Program-made: the position numbers and the translations under genes
Notes under the pieces: generated by a model
What the model was told of the DNA's origin: nothing
What the model saw: only the letters and a program-made list of their open reading frames with translations
Database searches by the model: none
Assembly (NCBI GenBank): GCA_963771465.1
Contig: CAVYTU010000011.1
Span: 1-64,000, forward strand
DNA: 64,000 nt
Direction of reading: 5' to 3'
Source of the DNA: an uncultured delta proteobacterium
GTDB taxonomy: Bacteria; Desulfobacterota; Binatia; UBA9968
Part shown: positions 54,839 to 64,000 of the stretch, piece after piece
Numbering within the stretch: position 1 is the stretch's first letter
How the letters are laid out: each line of letters begins with the position of its first letter

Positions 54839-56584
54839 TTGGTCGACCGTTACCGGCGATTAATTATCCTCGGTATTTTGTCGCTGGTCGCCACCGATCT
54901 TGCGGGCATCACGCTGCCTTGGCTCATCAAAGGCGGCATCGATACCGCGCTGCACGCTAAAGAACGTAACGAATCCCTGATTACTTATCCGCTGTTGATC
55001 CTCGGTGCCGCCGCGCTGCAAGGTTTTTTTCGCTATTGCTGGCGCATCAATATTAATGGCTTCTCCCGCCGCTGCGAGGCGGATTTGCGCGACCGGGTTT
55101 TCGCGCATTTACAAAAACTGCCGCTGAGTTATTTCCAACACCACAAGATCGGCGATCTGATGTCGCGCTTGACCAACGATATCCACGCCGTGCGTGAGCT
55201 GATGGGTTTTGGCTCGCTGGCGATCGTCGACGCGGTGGTGGTGATTTTCTTCAGCTTGATGTTGATGATCACGATCGATCCTTGGCTCACGCTTTGGTCG
55301 ATGCTGGCGATGCCGCTGGTTCCCGTGGTCGTACGTTATTTTGGCCGACATATCTTTCGCTGGTCGCGCGCGACCCAGGAGCAGGTGAGCGTTTTGAGCG
55401 CCTATGTGTTGGAAAACTTTTCCGGCATCCGGGTCGTGCAAGCCTACGCCCAGGAAGAAAATCAGATTCGCGGTTTCGACGCGATCAGCTCGGGATATCA
55501 GCGCAAAACTATGTGGCTGGCAACGCTGTGGGGGATTTTCTGGCCGCTCATGCAGGTACATGCCGGCGTGGCGGCGACTATCGTGCTCTGGCTCGGCGGG
55601 CGGCAAGTCTTGGCGGGTTCGATGACCCTGGGCGAGTTCGTTGCGTTCAATGGCTATCTGGCGATGCTCACTTGGCCGCTCATGGCGATCGGTTATACCG
55701 CCAATCAATATCAACGCGGCACCGCCGCGCTGTCACGCATCGCCGAAGTTTTGGATACGCCGATCGGAGAACGATATGTAAGCGCCGACGGCAGCTTGGC
55801 GCCATCGGCGCTCAGCGGCGCCATCGAGTTTCGTAATCTGACCTTTGCTTACGATACCGCGCAAGCGCCGGTGCTCAAGAACATCGCGCTTAAAATTCCC
55901 GCCGGCAAAGTCTGCGGCATCGTCGGCGAAACCGGCTCCGGCAAGAGCACGCTGGTTAATCTAATGCTGCGGCTGTACGAACCTGCCGACAATGCGATTC
56001 TTATCGATGGCGTCGATATTCGCCGGCTGCCGCTCAGCCGATTGGAAGCGACGATTGGCTACGTCTCGCAGGATATTTTTCTCTTCTCCGGCTCGGTGCG
56101 GGAGAATCTTCTGCTCGGCGTGCAAAACGGTGAGGTCGGCAAAGTCGAAGAGGCGGCGCGCATCGCGCGTTTGCTGCCGGCGATTGAATCTTTCAGCGGC
56201 GGATTCGAGACGATCATCGGCGAGCGCGGCGTGCGCTTGTCGGGCGGACAGAAGCAGCGCGCCGCGCTGGCGCGCGCGCTTATCAAAAATGCGCCGATCC
56301 TGATTCTTGACGACGCCTTTTCCAGCGTCGATGTCGAGACCGAAGAAGAAATTCTTGGCGAGCTGAAACAATTCATGCGCGGCCGGACGACATTGTTGAT
56401 TTCGCACCGGATATCCACGGTTTGTGAAGCCGACATGATCGTTTACTTACGCGACGGCGCAATCATTGAGCAAGGCATGCACGGTGAGCTGTTGGCGCAG
56501 CGCGGCGCCTATTACGAGCTCTATCGCCGGCAAAGCTTGGAACGGGAAGTCGAAATCGCAGCGCACGCGGAGGTCGAGCCGTGA
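54839..56584 (+). CDS. ABC exporter ATP-binding/permease subunit (MdlA/YheI-like); start uncertain
   Basis: TMD + GETGSGKS, LSGGQKQR, degenerate Walker B ILDDAFS. Confidence 0.93.
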   Translation: MVDRYRRLIILGILSLVATDLAGITLPWLIKGGIDTALHAKERNESLITYPLLILGAAALQGFFRYCWRININGFSRRCEADLRDRVFAHLQKLPLSYFQHHKIGDLMSRLTNDIHAVRELMGFGSLAIVDAVVVIFFSLMLMITIDPWLTLWSMLAMPLVPVVVRYFGRHIFRWSRATQEQVSVLSAYVLENFSGIRVVQAYAQEENQIRGFDAISSGYQRKTMWLATLWGIFWPLMQVHAGVAATIVLWLGGRQVLAGSMTLGEFVAFNGYLAMLTWPLMAIGYTANQYQRGTAALSRIAEVLDTPIGERYVSADGSLAPSALSGAIEFRNLTFAYDTAQAPVLKNIALKIPAGKVCGIVGETGSGKSTLVNLMLRLYEPADNAILIDGVDIRRLPLSRLEATIGYVSQDIFLFSGSVRENLLLGVQNGEVGKVEEAARIARLLPAIESFSGGFETIIGERGVRLSGGQKQRAALARALIKNAPILILDDAFSSVDVETEEEILGELKQFMRGRTTLLISHRISTVCEADMIVYLRDGAIIEQGMHGELLAQRGAYYELYRRQSLEREVEIAAHAEVEP

Positions 56585-58398
56585 TCGGCGATGGCCATCA
56601 AGAAGATGAGATTCTCGGCAAGGCGTATGACGCTCGGCTCATGCTGCGGGTGCTCCGTTATCTGCGTCCTTATTGGAAACTGTTGACGGTGGCGTTCGCG
56701 TTTTTGCTGCTTCAGACCGGCACGCAGTTGATCGGTCCCTATATTACCAAGATCGCCATCGACCGTTACATCGCCACTCAGGATGTTGACGGCCTCGACA
56801 GGACGGCTTTGGCTTACCTCGGGGTTGTCATTCTCGGTTTTATCGTCCTGTTCGTGCAGACCTACACGACGTCTTATATCGGCCAGCGTGCCATGCATGA
56901 TTTGCGTATGGAGATTTTTTCCCATTTGCAGAGACAAGATTTAGCCTATTTCGACCGCAATGCCGTCGGCCGCCTGATGACGCGCACGATCAACGACGTG
57001 GAGACGCTCAACGAATTGTTCAGCACGGGCGTTGTCGGTTTAATGGGCGACGTCTCGATCGTCTTTGGCATCGCGTTCATGATGTTTTGGCTCGACTGGC
57101 AGTTGGCGCTGGTCTGTCTGGCGGCCTTTCCGGTGATTCTCTATATCAGCCGTTTTTACCGCCAGCGCGCCCGCGAAGTTTACCGCGAGAGCCGGATGAT
57201 TCTCGGCCGGCTCAACGCCGACTTGCAGGAAAACATCGCCGGCGTGGCGACGATCCAGGCATTTGGCCAAGAACAAAAAATGTACCGCCGTTTTCAGGAC
57301 GTAAATTTGAGCTATCGGAATGTTTTGCTGCGGAGCATCCGTTACAACGCCCTGTTTTTTCCGGTGATCGAAGTGTTCAGCGCGATTTCCATCGGGCTTT
57401 TACTCTGGCACGGCGCCCACCAGATTTTCGCCAGCACCGTCCAAGCCGGTGTGCTAGTGGCGTTCATCCAATATATTCAGCGTATGTATCAACCGATTCG
57501 CGATCTGGCGGAGAAGTACAACGTCATGCAGGCCGCCATGGCTTCTTCGGAGCGCATCTTTGCCTTGCTCGACCAGTCGGAGACGATTACCAATCCGGCC
57601 GAACCGAAGCGGGTGGAAAAATTCGTCGGCGAAGTTGAATTCCAAAACGTCCGGCTTTCCTACCGGCCGGGCGAGCCGGTGCTCAAAGGCATTTCCTTTC
57701 GCGTCCGGCCCGGCGAAAAGATCGCCCTGGTGGGCGCCACCGGCGGCGGCAAGACGTCGATCATCTCCGCGCTCTGCCGTTTCTACGACGTCGAAGCCGG
57801 CGCGATCCTGATCGATGGCATCGATGTGCGGGCGTGGAACAAACAAGAGCTGCGCCGCCACATGGGATTGGTTTTGCAAGATGTGTTTCTTTTTTCCGGC
57901 GATATCGCAACCAACATCACCCTCGGCGATCCGCGCATCAGCCAACAACGCATGGTCGAGGCAGCCGCGCGGGCACAGATCGCGCCGTTCATCGAAAAGT
58001 TGCCGAACGGTTTCCACGAAGAAGTGCAGGAGCGCGGCGCGACTTTGTCGCAGGGACAGCGCCAGTTATTGTCTTTTGCCCGGGCGCTGGCGTTCGACCC
58101 CAAGATTCTCATTCTTGACGAGGCGACCAGTTCGGTCGACACCCAGACGGAAATATTGATTCAGGAAGCGTTGCAGGAGTTGCTCAAGAATCGCACGGCG
58201 CTGATCGTGGCGCACCGGCTGTCGACGATCAAACACGCCGACCGCATTCTTGTCATTCACAAAGGCGAGATTTGGGAACAGGGCAGCCACGATGAGCTGT
58301 TGGCGCGTCGTGGCCTGTACGCGCGGCTGTATGATTTGCAGTATCGAATTCAAGAGCGCGATAGGGCGGTGGCGGAGCCGGCGCTTGCTACGAACTGA
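56581..58398 (+). CDS. ABC exporter ATP-binding/permease subunit (MdlB/YheH-like)
   Basis: TMD + GATGGGKT, degenerate signature LSQGQRQ, ILDEATS. Confidence 0.93.
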   Translation: MIGDGHQEDEILGKAYDARLMLRVLRYLRPYWKLLTVAFAFLLLQTGTQLIGPYITKIAIDRYIATQDVDGLDRTALAYLGVVILGFIVLFVQTYTTSYIGQRAMHDLRMEIFSHLQRQDLAYFDRNAVGRLMTRTINDVETLNELFSTGVVGLMGDVSIVFGIAFMMFWLDWQLALVCLAAFPVILYISRFYRQRAREVYRESRMILGRLNADLQENIAGVATIQAFGQEQKMYRRFQDVNLSYRNVLLRSIRYNALFFPVIEVFSAISIGLLLWHGAHQIFASTVQAGVLVAFIQYIQRMYQPIRDLAEKYNVMQAAMASSERIFALLDQSETITNPAEPKRVEKFVGEVEFQNVRLSYRPGEPVLKGISFRVRPGEKIALVGATGGGKTSIISALCRFYDVEAGAILIDGIDVRAWNKQELRRHMGLVLQDVFLFSGDIATNITLGDPRISQQRMVEAAARAQIAPFIEKLPNGFHEEVQERGATLSQGQRQLLSFARALAFDPKILILDEATSSVDTQTEILIQEALQELLKNRTALIVAHRLSTIKHADRILVIHKGEIWEQGSHDELLARRGLYARLYDLQYRIQERDRAVAEPALATN

Positions 58399-58439
58399 AG
58401 ATAATCAAGCAGCGAGAAAATTCGGCTCCGGAGAATTAA

Positions 58440-58465
58440 CCGCAAAGGCGCAAAGAACTAAAAAC
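58440..58465 (+). repeat. CGCAAAG-type short tandem repeat
   Basis: CCGCAAAGG-CGCAAAGAA-CTAAAAA preceded by TTAA, similar to 14958-14984. Confidence 0.5.
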
Positions 58466-58510
58466 AATCCGATTTGTCGCACCGCCAAGCTTAGGTTCAC
58501 GATTCTTTCC

Positions 58511-59743
58511 CTACGCAATTAACCCGAGCGGCGCGGCGGCGCGAAAGTTAGGAAAGATTCTGGTCATTTCCTTCTGCCCTAGATGGCGCGTGATCACTTC
58601 GCTGCAAACCGTGCGATAGTCGGTGGTGAGAGCGAGATCACGTCCCTCGTATAAAACTTCCGGCGCGAGTCCAGGCCAGCGGCCGTAGACTTTGCCGCCG
58701 CGCACCTTGCCGCCCATGGCGAACATAACGTTGGCGTGGCCGTGATCGGTGCCGCGGTTGCCGTTCTCGCGCGCGGTGCGGCCAAACTCGGATAGGGTCA
58801 GCAGCACAACGTCGTCCATGCGGTCACCCAGATCGCGATAAAACGCCGCCAGCCCTTCGCCCAAGTCTCGCAGCCGGTTGGCCAGCTGGCCAACGGCGCC
58901 GCCTTCGTTGGCATGGGTGTCCCAACCTTCGATTTCGGTAAATGCGATTTCCAGACCAACGTCAGCTTTGATCAATCTAGCGATCTGCGACAGGCCGGTG
59001 CCGAAACGGCCTGCCGGATAACGTTCCGCCGAGGCGGGAATCTTGGCCTCGACCCGTCGCAGTTCAGTCATGGCGGCGAAGAGGTTTTCACTGCCGAAAC
59101 GAAACAGCGGGTCGGAACTATTGGCGTAAAGCATTTGCAGCGCACCGCCCAATGCTTCGTTGCGCAGCCGAAATTCATTAATCGACGACAAGGTCAGGGC
59201 CGGCGCGGCGCCGGCCAAGATGCGCGGCATTTGCGCCGTTAGTGCGACAGCGCGAAAAGGCGTGTCGCTCGATTTCTTTTCGAGCATAGTGCGATTGAGC
59301 CAACCATCTGCCGTGCTCTTTATCCCCGGCGTGCCGATTTCCATGTAATCTTGGGCGTCAAAATGGGAGCGGGTGTTGTCCGGTGAGCCGCTCGCTTGGA
59401 CAAAAGCAAGTTGCCCTTTATCGTAAATGATTTTCAGCGGCGCTAGCGCGGGATGCAATCCGTAAAAACCGTCGAGATCAATGGCGCGATCGTCGGCGCG
59501 GTCATCGCCTGCGGCGGGCTCGCGCACGGCGATCGATGGCCGCAAGCGATAATAGGCTGGGTCTTTGAACGGGATAACAACATTCAACCCGTCCATGGCA
59601 CCGCGCTGAAACACGACGACCAGGGTTTTATTCTTGCCGCGTTGCTGCGCTTGAGCAGCGCGCAATAGAAATGACGGCGGCAGGCCGAGGGCGAGAAAGC
59701 CCAAACCGCCAGACTGAAGAAAATTTCGCCGTGAAATATTCAT
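58511..59743 (-). CDS. DUF1501 family protein with Tat signal
   Basis: SRRNFL; FQRGAMDGL, RSHFDAQ, GWDTH, SEFGRT..ENG..GTDHG. Confidence 0.92.
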   Translation of the reverse strand: MNISRRNFLQSGGLGFLALGLPPSFLLRAAQAQQRGKNKTLVVVFQRGAMDGLNVVIPFKDPAYYRLRPSIAVREPAAGDDRADDRAIDLDGFYGLHPALAPLKIIYDKGQLAFVQASGSPDNTRSHFDAQDYMEIGTPGIKSTADGWLNRTMLEKKSSDTPFRAVALTAQMPRILAGAAPALTLSSINEFRLRNEALGGALQMLYANSSDPLFRFGSENLFAAMTELRRVEAKIPASAERYPAGRFGTGLSQIARLIKADVGLEIAFTEIEGWDTHANEGGAVGQLANRLRDLGEGLAAFYRDLGDRMDDVVLLTLSEFGRTARENGNRGTDHGHANVMFAMGGKVRGGKVYGRWPGLAPEVLYEGRDLALTTDYRTVCSEVITRHLGQKEMTRIFPNFRAAAPLGLIA

Positions 59744-59745
59744 GC

Positions 59746-61173
59746 CTACCTCCGTTGAAATTCCGGCGCCGCCATGGCGAGAGCGAGCGCCTGCTGGCCT
59801 TCAGTTTCAGCGAGAGCCGCGCGGGTCGCCGACGATAGACCGTCCGGCGCCACGAGACGTAGAAATGCTTCTTTGTCTCTTAGCCGTTCCGGCGCGACTC
59901 GGCTGCCGGGAAGGCGATTGCCGGCCAGATCGACGGCGAAATTCATTCGTGTCAGCAACATGTCCGGACTGATCCATGAGCTTGCGCCGTCGGGATGACC
60001 GGTGGGCGGCTGCGCCAAAAATAGCGGCTCGCCCATGCGGCCGACGTAGCGCAGCAACTGATGGGTCATTTGAGTTTCGGCGCCGGTGGCGCGCAATGCG
60101 CTGGCAACAAACTCCAGCGGTTTTTTGACTTTCACTCGGTAATTCTCAGGGGCGAAGAATTCCGGCGAGTCGATGATCGTTCGGAGCACCGTGGGAATAT
60201 CGCCATCGCTTTGACGAAAGGCTTGCGCTGCTTTATTTACGATTGACGGCGGCGGATCGTCGGCGATAAAGCGGCGGGCAAGTTTGAGTGAGATAAATCG
60301 CGCTGTCGCCGGCTGCTGCGCCAAAAGTTCGATGACCCGGAGACCATCGTCCATGCCGCCGCCGGGCGCAATGCGCGCACCCATGACCATCTTTTCACCA
60401 TTGTCATGAATGCGCGGTTCGAAATGAAAACCGCCTTCGCCGCGCGGCTGGCGGATTGTCCAGCCGGTAAAACAGCGCGCCACTTCGATGACGTCTTTCT
60501 GGGTATAGCCGCCGTCGACGCCGACGGTGTGTAACTCCATCAGCTCGCGGGCGTAGTTTTCGTTCAAACCGCGGCGGCGGTTGTTGGCTCCGGCGAAGCG
60601 CGCGCCGGGAGAGTCGGGGCTCGCGCTCATCCAGTTATCGAGATAGAAAAGCATCGCCGGGCTCTTCGCCGTGGCGAGCAAAATATCTTTGAACTTGGTC
60701 AAAGCGTTGGGACGGATGGTGTCGCGGTCGTAGGCGGTGGAGAGCCAGCGGTCGGCGCCCTTGGCGGAAAAAACATTAAAATGATTGCTCCAGAAATCGA
60801 CCATGACTTCAAACAACTGGCGCTTGCTGTAAATTGTCCGCAGCAGGCGCGCCTGTTGGAGCTCGAAGATGATCATACGCGGCGCTTGCATCGGCCCGCC
60901 CGCCATCATGGCCGGCTGATTGGCCTGCTGTCGAGCGACTCGCGGCGGTGGGTAAAGTTCGGTCAGTTCGCGACTGCTCAGACGCATGGTTTTTAGGCCG
61001 GCGAGTTTTTCCTCGACAAGAGTATCGCCAATCGCTTCGGGGCGAAGCTGCTCGTCCAGATACGCGCGGATGCCCATTCGATTGATTCGCGCGACTTCTT
61101 CACGGGTCGGACCGAAGCTGGTGCGATTCAAAAAATGGCTGACCTTTTGCTCTTGGCTGAGTGGCGCACTCAT
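59746..61173 (-). CDS. DUF1800 family protein
   Basis: LNR..FG, FWSNHF, AMLFYLDN, NENYARELMELHT.G, YTQ.DV, PEFQRR. Confidence 0.92.
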   Translation of the reverse strand: MSAPLSQEQKVSHFLNRTSFGPTREEVARINRMGIRAYLDEQLRPEAIGDTLVEEKLAGLKTMRLSSRELTELYPPPRVARQQANQPAMMAGGPMQAPRMIIFELQQARLLRTIYSKRQLFEVMVDFWSNHFNVFSAKGADRWLSTAYDRDTIRPNALTKFKDILLATAKSPAMLFYLDNWMSASPDSPGARFAGANNRRRGLNENYARELMELHTVGVDGGYTQKDVIEVARCFTGWTIRQPRGEGGFHFEPRIHDNGEKMVMGARIAPGGGMDDGLRVIELLAQQPATARFISLKLARRFIADDPPPSIVNKAAQAFRQSDGDIPTVLRTIIDSPEFFAPENYRVKVKKPLEFVASALRATGAETQMTHQLLRYVGRMGEPLFLAQPPTGHPDGASSWISPDMLLTRMNFAVDLAGNRLPGSRVAPERLRDKEAFLRLVAPDGLSSATRAALAETEGQQALALAMAAPEFQRR

Positions 61174-61182
61174 TGGCGACTC

Positions 61183-61821
61183 CTATTGCCGGCCGCGTTG
61201 AAGCTTTTCTCGAAGTTCCTCACGAAAACGGCGCTTCTCTTCGAACGTGCCATGTTGTTTCAGTTCGCGGATTTTTTCGCGCAGCTCCTGACGCTCGTGG
61301 GGTGGCATTTTTTCGAAACGTTCCTTAGCCTTTTCGCGCCACGGATTTTTCCGTTCCTGGGACAGCCGCTCGCGCCGCTCTCGCAGTTTTTGGCGCAGTT
61401 CCTGACGTTCCGCTGGATCCATGTCGCGCAGCTTTTGCTTGATCTCGGCGCGCCGCTCGGGCGAAAACTTGCGCCACTCTTGCCAGCGCTCTTGCAGCCG
61501 CTCGCGTTCCTGCGGGTCCATTTTCTGCCAGCGGTCGAAATTTCGCCGCGCCGCCGCCTTCTCTTCCGACGGCAACTTGCGCCAGTTATCAAACTTGCTC
61601 CGGAGATCGGCCTTTTCCCTGGGGTCCATATTCTTCCAACGCTGAAAGCGCTCGCGCATCTCTTGCTTCTCGGCCTCAGACATTTTCCCCCAGCGTTCGC
61701 GGTTTTCTTGATCGCTTTGCGCCAGGAGTAAATCGCGCTGCGCGGTCTGACTCCAAACTGGTGCAGCGAAGAGCACCGCGACGAAGCCAATGCCGACTAT
61801 GGCTCGGCTCAACAGCTTCAC
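61183..61821 (-). CDS. Secreted helical repeat protein (DUF3106-like)
   Basis: Signal peptide; repeated RW.KM.P.E[RK]..L.E.. units. Confidence 0.75.
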   Translation of the reverse strand: MKLLSRAIVGIGFVAVLFAAPVWSQTAQRDLLLAQSDQENRERWGKMSEAEKQEMRERFQRWKNMDPREKADLRSKFDNWRKLPSEEKAAARRNFDRWQKMDPQERERLQERWQEWRKFSPERRAEIKQKLRDMDPAERQELRQKLRERRERLSQERKNPWREKAKERFEKMPPHERQELREKIRELKQHGTFEEKRRFREELREKLQRGRQ

Positions 61822-62066
61822 TTCGGTGTCTCCTTCTTCGCCGGCAGAGATTTTGCGGGCTTGGCGGTTTTCACCTGGTCGCCCACCGGGTTGACGTGAT
61901 GCAGATCCTGCATCATTTCTATCTGCTTGATCATTTCCATTTCTTTAAGTAACTCCATCATGCGCAACATTTCCTTGTCGGGGATTTCTGGGTCTTTGGT
62001 CGCTGCCGCAGCTGGTGGCGCGGCGGCGAGCACCAGCGCCAAGGTCAAGCCGTTGGCGTACTTCAT
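61818..62066 (-). CDS. Small secreted hypothetical protein
   Basis: Signal peptide; EML..MELL..MEM helix; overlaps the next gene. Confidence 0.65.
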   Translation of the reverse strand: MKYANGLTLALVLAAAPPAAAATKDPEIPDKEMLRMMELLKEMEMIKQIEMMQDLHHVNPVGDQVKTAKPAKSLPAKKETPK

Positions 62067-62078
62067 TCACGCGCTTCC

Positions 62079-62597
62079 TTAGGCGGCGTTGTTGCTTTGG
62101 TTACCGATGAACTCGAGCAAATCCAAATCATCGAGAATATCCATGGCGTTAAAAAAGTCCAAGTTTTCCGCCACCGGGAGCGCTTCCGCTATCTCGTCGT
62201 CCTCAATCTGATTGTTGCCCGGCCAAATGCCTTTGCCGAGAGTGAAGGTCAGGGCTAAAACTAGGACAGCCGCGGTGGCAAAAGTCGCAAGGTAGCGCGG
62301 CCTCAAGATGGACGCGAAATCTCGCCACCACGATTTGTTCTCGACGGCGTCGTCGAGTTTGTGGCGCAGCTCGCGATTATAATCCATCCAGAACGCTGGC
62401 GGTGGCTCGTCGGTCTTGGCCGTGAGCGGCAGTAGAGTTGCGAGTTCCTGCAAGTAGCCGGCGCAGCCGGCGCAGCCGGTGACATGTTTCGACAGCTGGT
62501 CGCGCTCGACATCAGCCAAGTCGCCGTAGTGGAGCAAGACCAAGTCCTCTTCATTGGCTTGGCATGCGGTTGTTAGAGTTGACGGTTCCTTCGCCAT
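62079..62597 (-). CDS. Zinc-finger (zf-HC2/ZAS) membrane anti-sigma factor
   Basis: HVTGCAGC = HxxxCxxC, a single TM helix, directly downstream of the ECF sigma. Confidence 0.88.
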   Translation of the reverse strand: MAKEPSTLTTACQANEEDLVLLHYGDLADVERDQLSKHVTGCAGCAGYLQELATLLPLTAKTDEPPPAFWMDYNRELRHKLDDAVENKSWWRDFASILRPRYLATFATAAVLVLALTFTLGKGIWPGNNQIEDDEIAEALPVAENLDFFNAMDILDDLDLLEFIGNQSNNAA

Positions 62598-62605
62598 AAT
62601 CCCTC

Positions 62606-63172
62606 CTAGGCGAACTCGGCCAGACTAGTTCTGAGCGCGGTGACGGCGCGGTGTAAATGAACTTTGACCGTGCCCTCGGCGGTCTGCATCAGTTCGGCGA
62701 TCTCCTTGATCGAAAGTCCCTGCTGGTTTTTTAGTATGAAGGCAGTCTTCTGTTTTGCCGGCAAGGTCTGCAATGCGGCATCGACCTTGCGCGATATTTC
62801 TCCTGCCAACACATGCTGATCCGGCGACCGGGGTTTGGCCGGTTCATGGGACGGTTCCATCTGACTCTCGACATTTTCGTCGAACTCATCAGCCGCGCTG
62901 CGTTTGGTGCGCCGTTTGTAGTCCAGACAGACGTTGACGACGATGCGATAAAACCAGGTATAGAAACTCGACCGGCCGTCGAACTTTTTCAGGTAGCTAA
63001 ACGCTTTCAAGAACGCCTCTTGCGACAAATCCTTGGCTTCCTCGCGGTCGCGGGCGAAGCCAAAGGCGATATGGTAAGCCTTTTGCTGATGGCGCTCGAC
63101 GAGCTCTTCGAACGCCCGGCGATCTCCCGTTTGAGCTCGCGCGACTAACTCCTGGTCCCCAGTATTCGTCAA
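62606..63172 (-). CDS. ECF RNA polymerase sigma factor
   Basis: GDRRAFEELV, DLSQEAF, F.TW.YRI..N, EIAE...GTVK.HLHRA; likely TTG start at 63172 after AGGGAG. Confidence 0.95.
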   Translation of the reverse strand: MTNTGDQELVARAQTGDRRAFEELVERHQQKAYHIAFGFARDREEAKDLSQEAFLKAFSYLKKFDGRSSFYTWFYRIVVNVCLDYKRRTKRSAADEFDENVESQMEPSHEPAKPRSPDQHVLAGEISRKVDAALQTLPAKQKTAFILKNQQGLSIKEIAELMQTAEGTVKVHLHRAVTALRTSLAEFA

Positions 63173-63481
63173 TCGGCTCTCCCTGTCTTTCGATAAATCG
63201 CCGGCGCATGAAAAACTGAGGAGGGAGCGGCGGAACGCTCCGACACTGGCCGCCGCTTGCAGATGTGCCATATTGGGCTCCGCCTTAGTCTTAACCGCGC
63301 TTTTTAGATCGCGGCGAAACTCTTTGCGGTCCTGCCGCAGTTCTCGCTTGTCGCTCTTTTGCTCCTTCCGGCACGCTCAGGATAACGAGAGAAGCAGCCC
63401 AAAGACCAGAGCTAATGAACGATTTGTTGATGATCATAGCCAATTTCTTTCTTTTTCCGACCTTTTCGCGATCTAAACAGG

Positions 63482-63510
63482 TTAGACGCGGCTGGCCTGA
63501 GGAGGTTTAC
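63482..63510 (-). promoter_or_regulatory. Putative ECF-type autoregulatory promoter
   Basis: Minus strand GTAAAC-N16-CGTCTAA upstream of the ECF operon. Confidence 0.65.
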
Positions 63511-63644
63511 CGCATCCTAGGTTGTCGACAATACTCCAAATGGCTTGTTGCCCGGATCGAAGTACCTAGCGCAGCCCTCCGTTGAGTTCTCCGTTCGCTG
63601 TCGATTGATTGACATGGATTCTTGACTGGGTTATCACAGCGAAC

Positions 63645-63944
63645 ATGAAGGCCGAGCAGATATCTGCTAGGGTTTTCCAGCCGCGTCGCTGGATTGGCGC
63701 GATTGTTTTCTTAGCGCTCTTCTTCCTGCCTCTACATTTTCATCTCTCGTTCGCGGCACAAATCAGCAAAGAGTGTAGCTGTGTTCACGGTACGCGTACG
63801 CAGCTGGCTTTGCATGACAACGAACCGATCCTTGCCCCGCCGCCGTGCATCGCGATTCTGACTCCGCTATTTAGTCAGTCCGTAGTTTCCCAACAAACTC
63901 GTTCACCATATGTCCGCGGGCCGCCCGCGACTCTCTCCGCCTAG
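63645..63944 (+). CDS. DUF2946-like small protein with C-terminal RGPP motif
   Basis: TM/signal segment, HFH, CSC.H, Pro-rich linker, RGPP six codons before the stop. Confidence 0.7.
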   Translation: MKAEQISARVFQPRRWIGAIVFLALFFLPLHFHLSFAAQISKECSCVHGTRTQLALHDNEPILAPPPCIAILTPLFSQSVVSQQTRSPYVRGPPATLSA

Positions 63945-64000
63945 TTCTTAATTCCTATTTATAGTTTTGATTTTTCACTCCGGCTGCCTCGTGCGGTCGA

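Overview
High-GC bacterial chromosomal window. Gene order and paralog content suggest a Deltaproteobacteria-like lineage such as Ca. Binatia (inference only). Single-base indels split several genes, including dapA and asnB, so this is probably a long-read or MAG assembly. Layout: (1) 1-7.9 kb is a probable decayed genomic island with a UbiD/cupin/heme-oxygenase-like enzyme/SBP/MmgE-PrpD cluster, an excisionase-like remnant and a comM 3' fragment, ending at a displaced 3' half of tRNA-Ala(GGC). (2) 7.9-13.3 kb holds small accessory genes and pseudogenes. (3) 13.5-38.6 kb is a housekeeping run: rpmE-prfA-prmC-murA-hisDBHA, then xerC-hslVU-argBDFGH-lipoprotein-lysA-dapF-dapA-dapB. Many of its gene junctions carry short 7-, 8- or 9-bp tandem repeat arrays, some as inverted pairs, and a 175-bp element with 33-bp inverted ends precedes lysA. 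(4) 38.8-53.2 kb is a surface-glycan modification block with an embedded PrcB + subtilase pair carrying four 333-bp repeats. (5) 53.3-64 kb has glyQS, a heterodimeric ABC exporter, an ECF sigma/anti-sigma/DUF3106/DUF1800/DUF1501 operon and a DUF2946-like RGPP leader peptide. No rRNA, intact tRNA, CRISPR array or intact transposase was seen. Family names come from motif recognition, not database searches.
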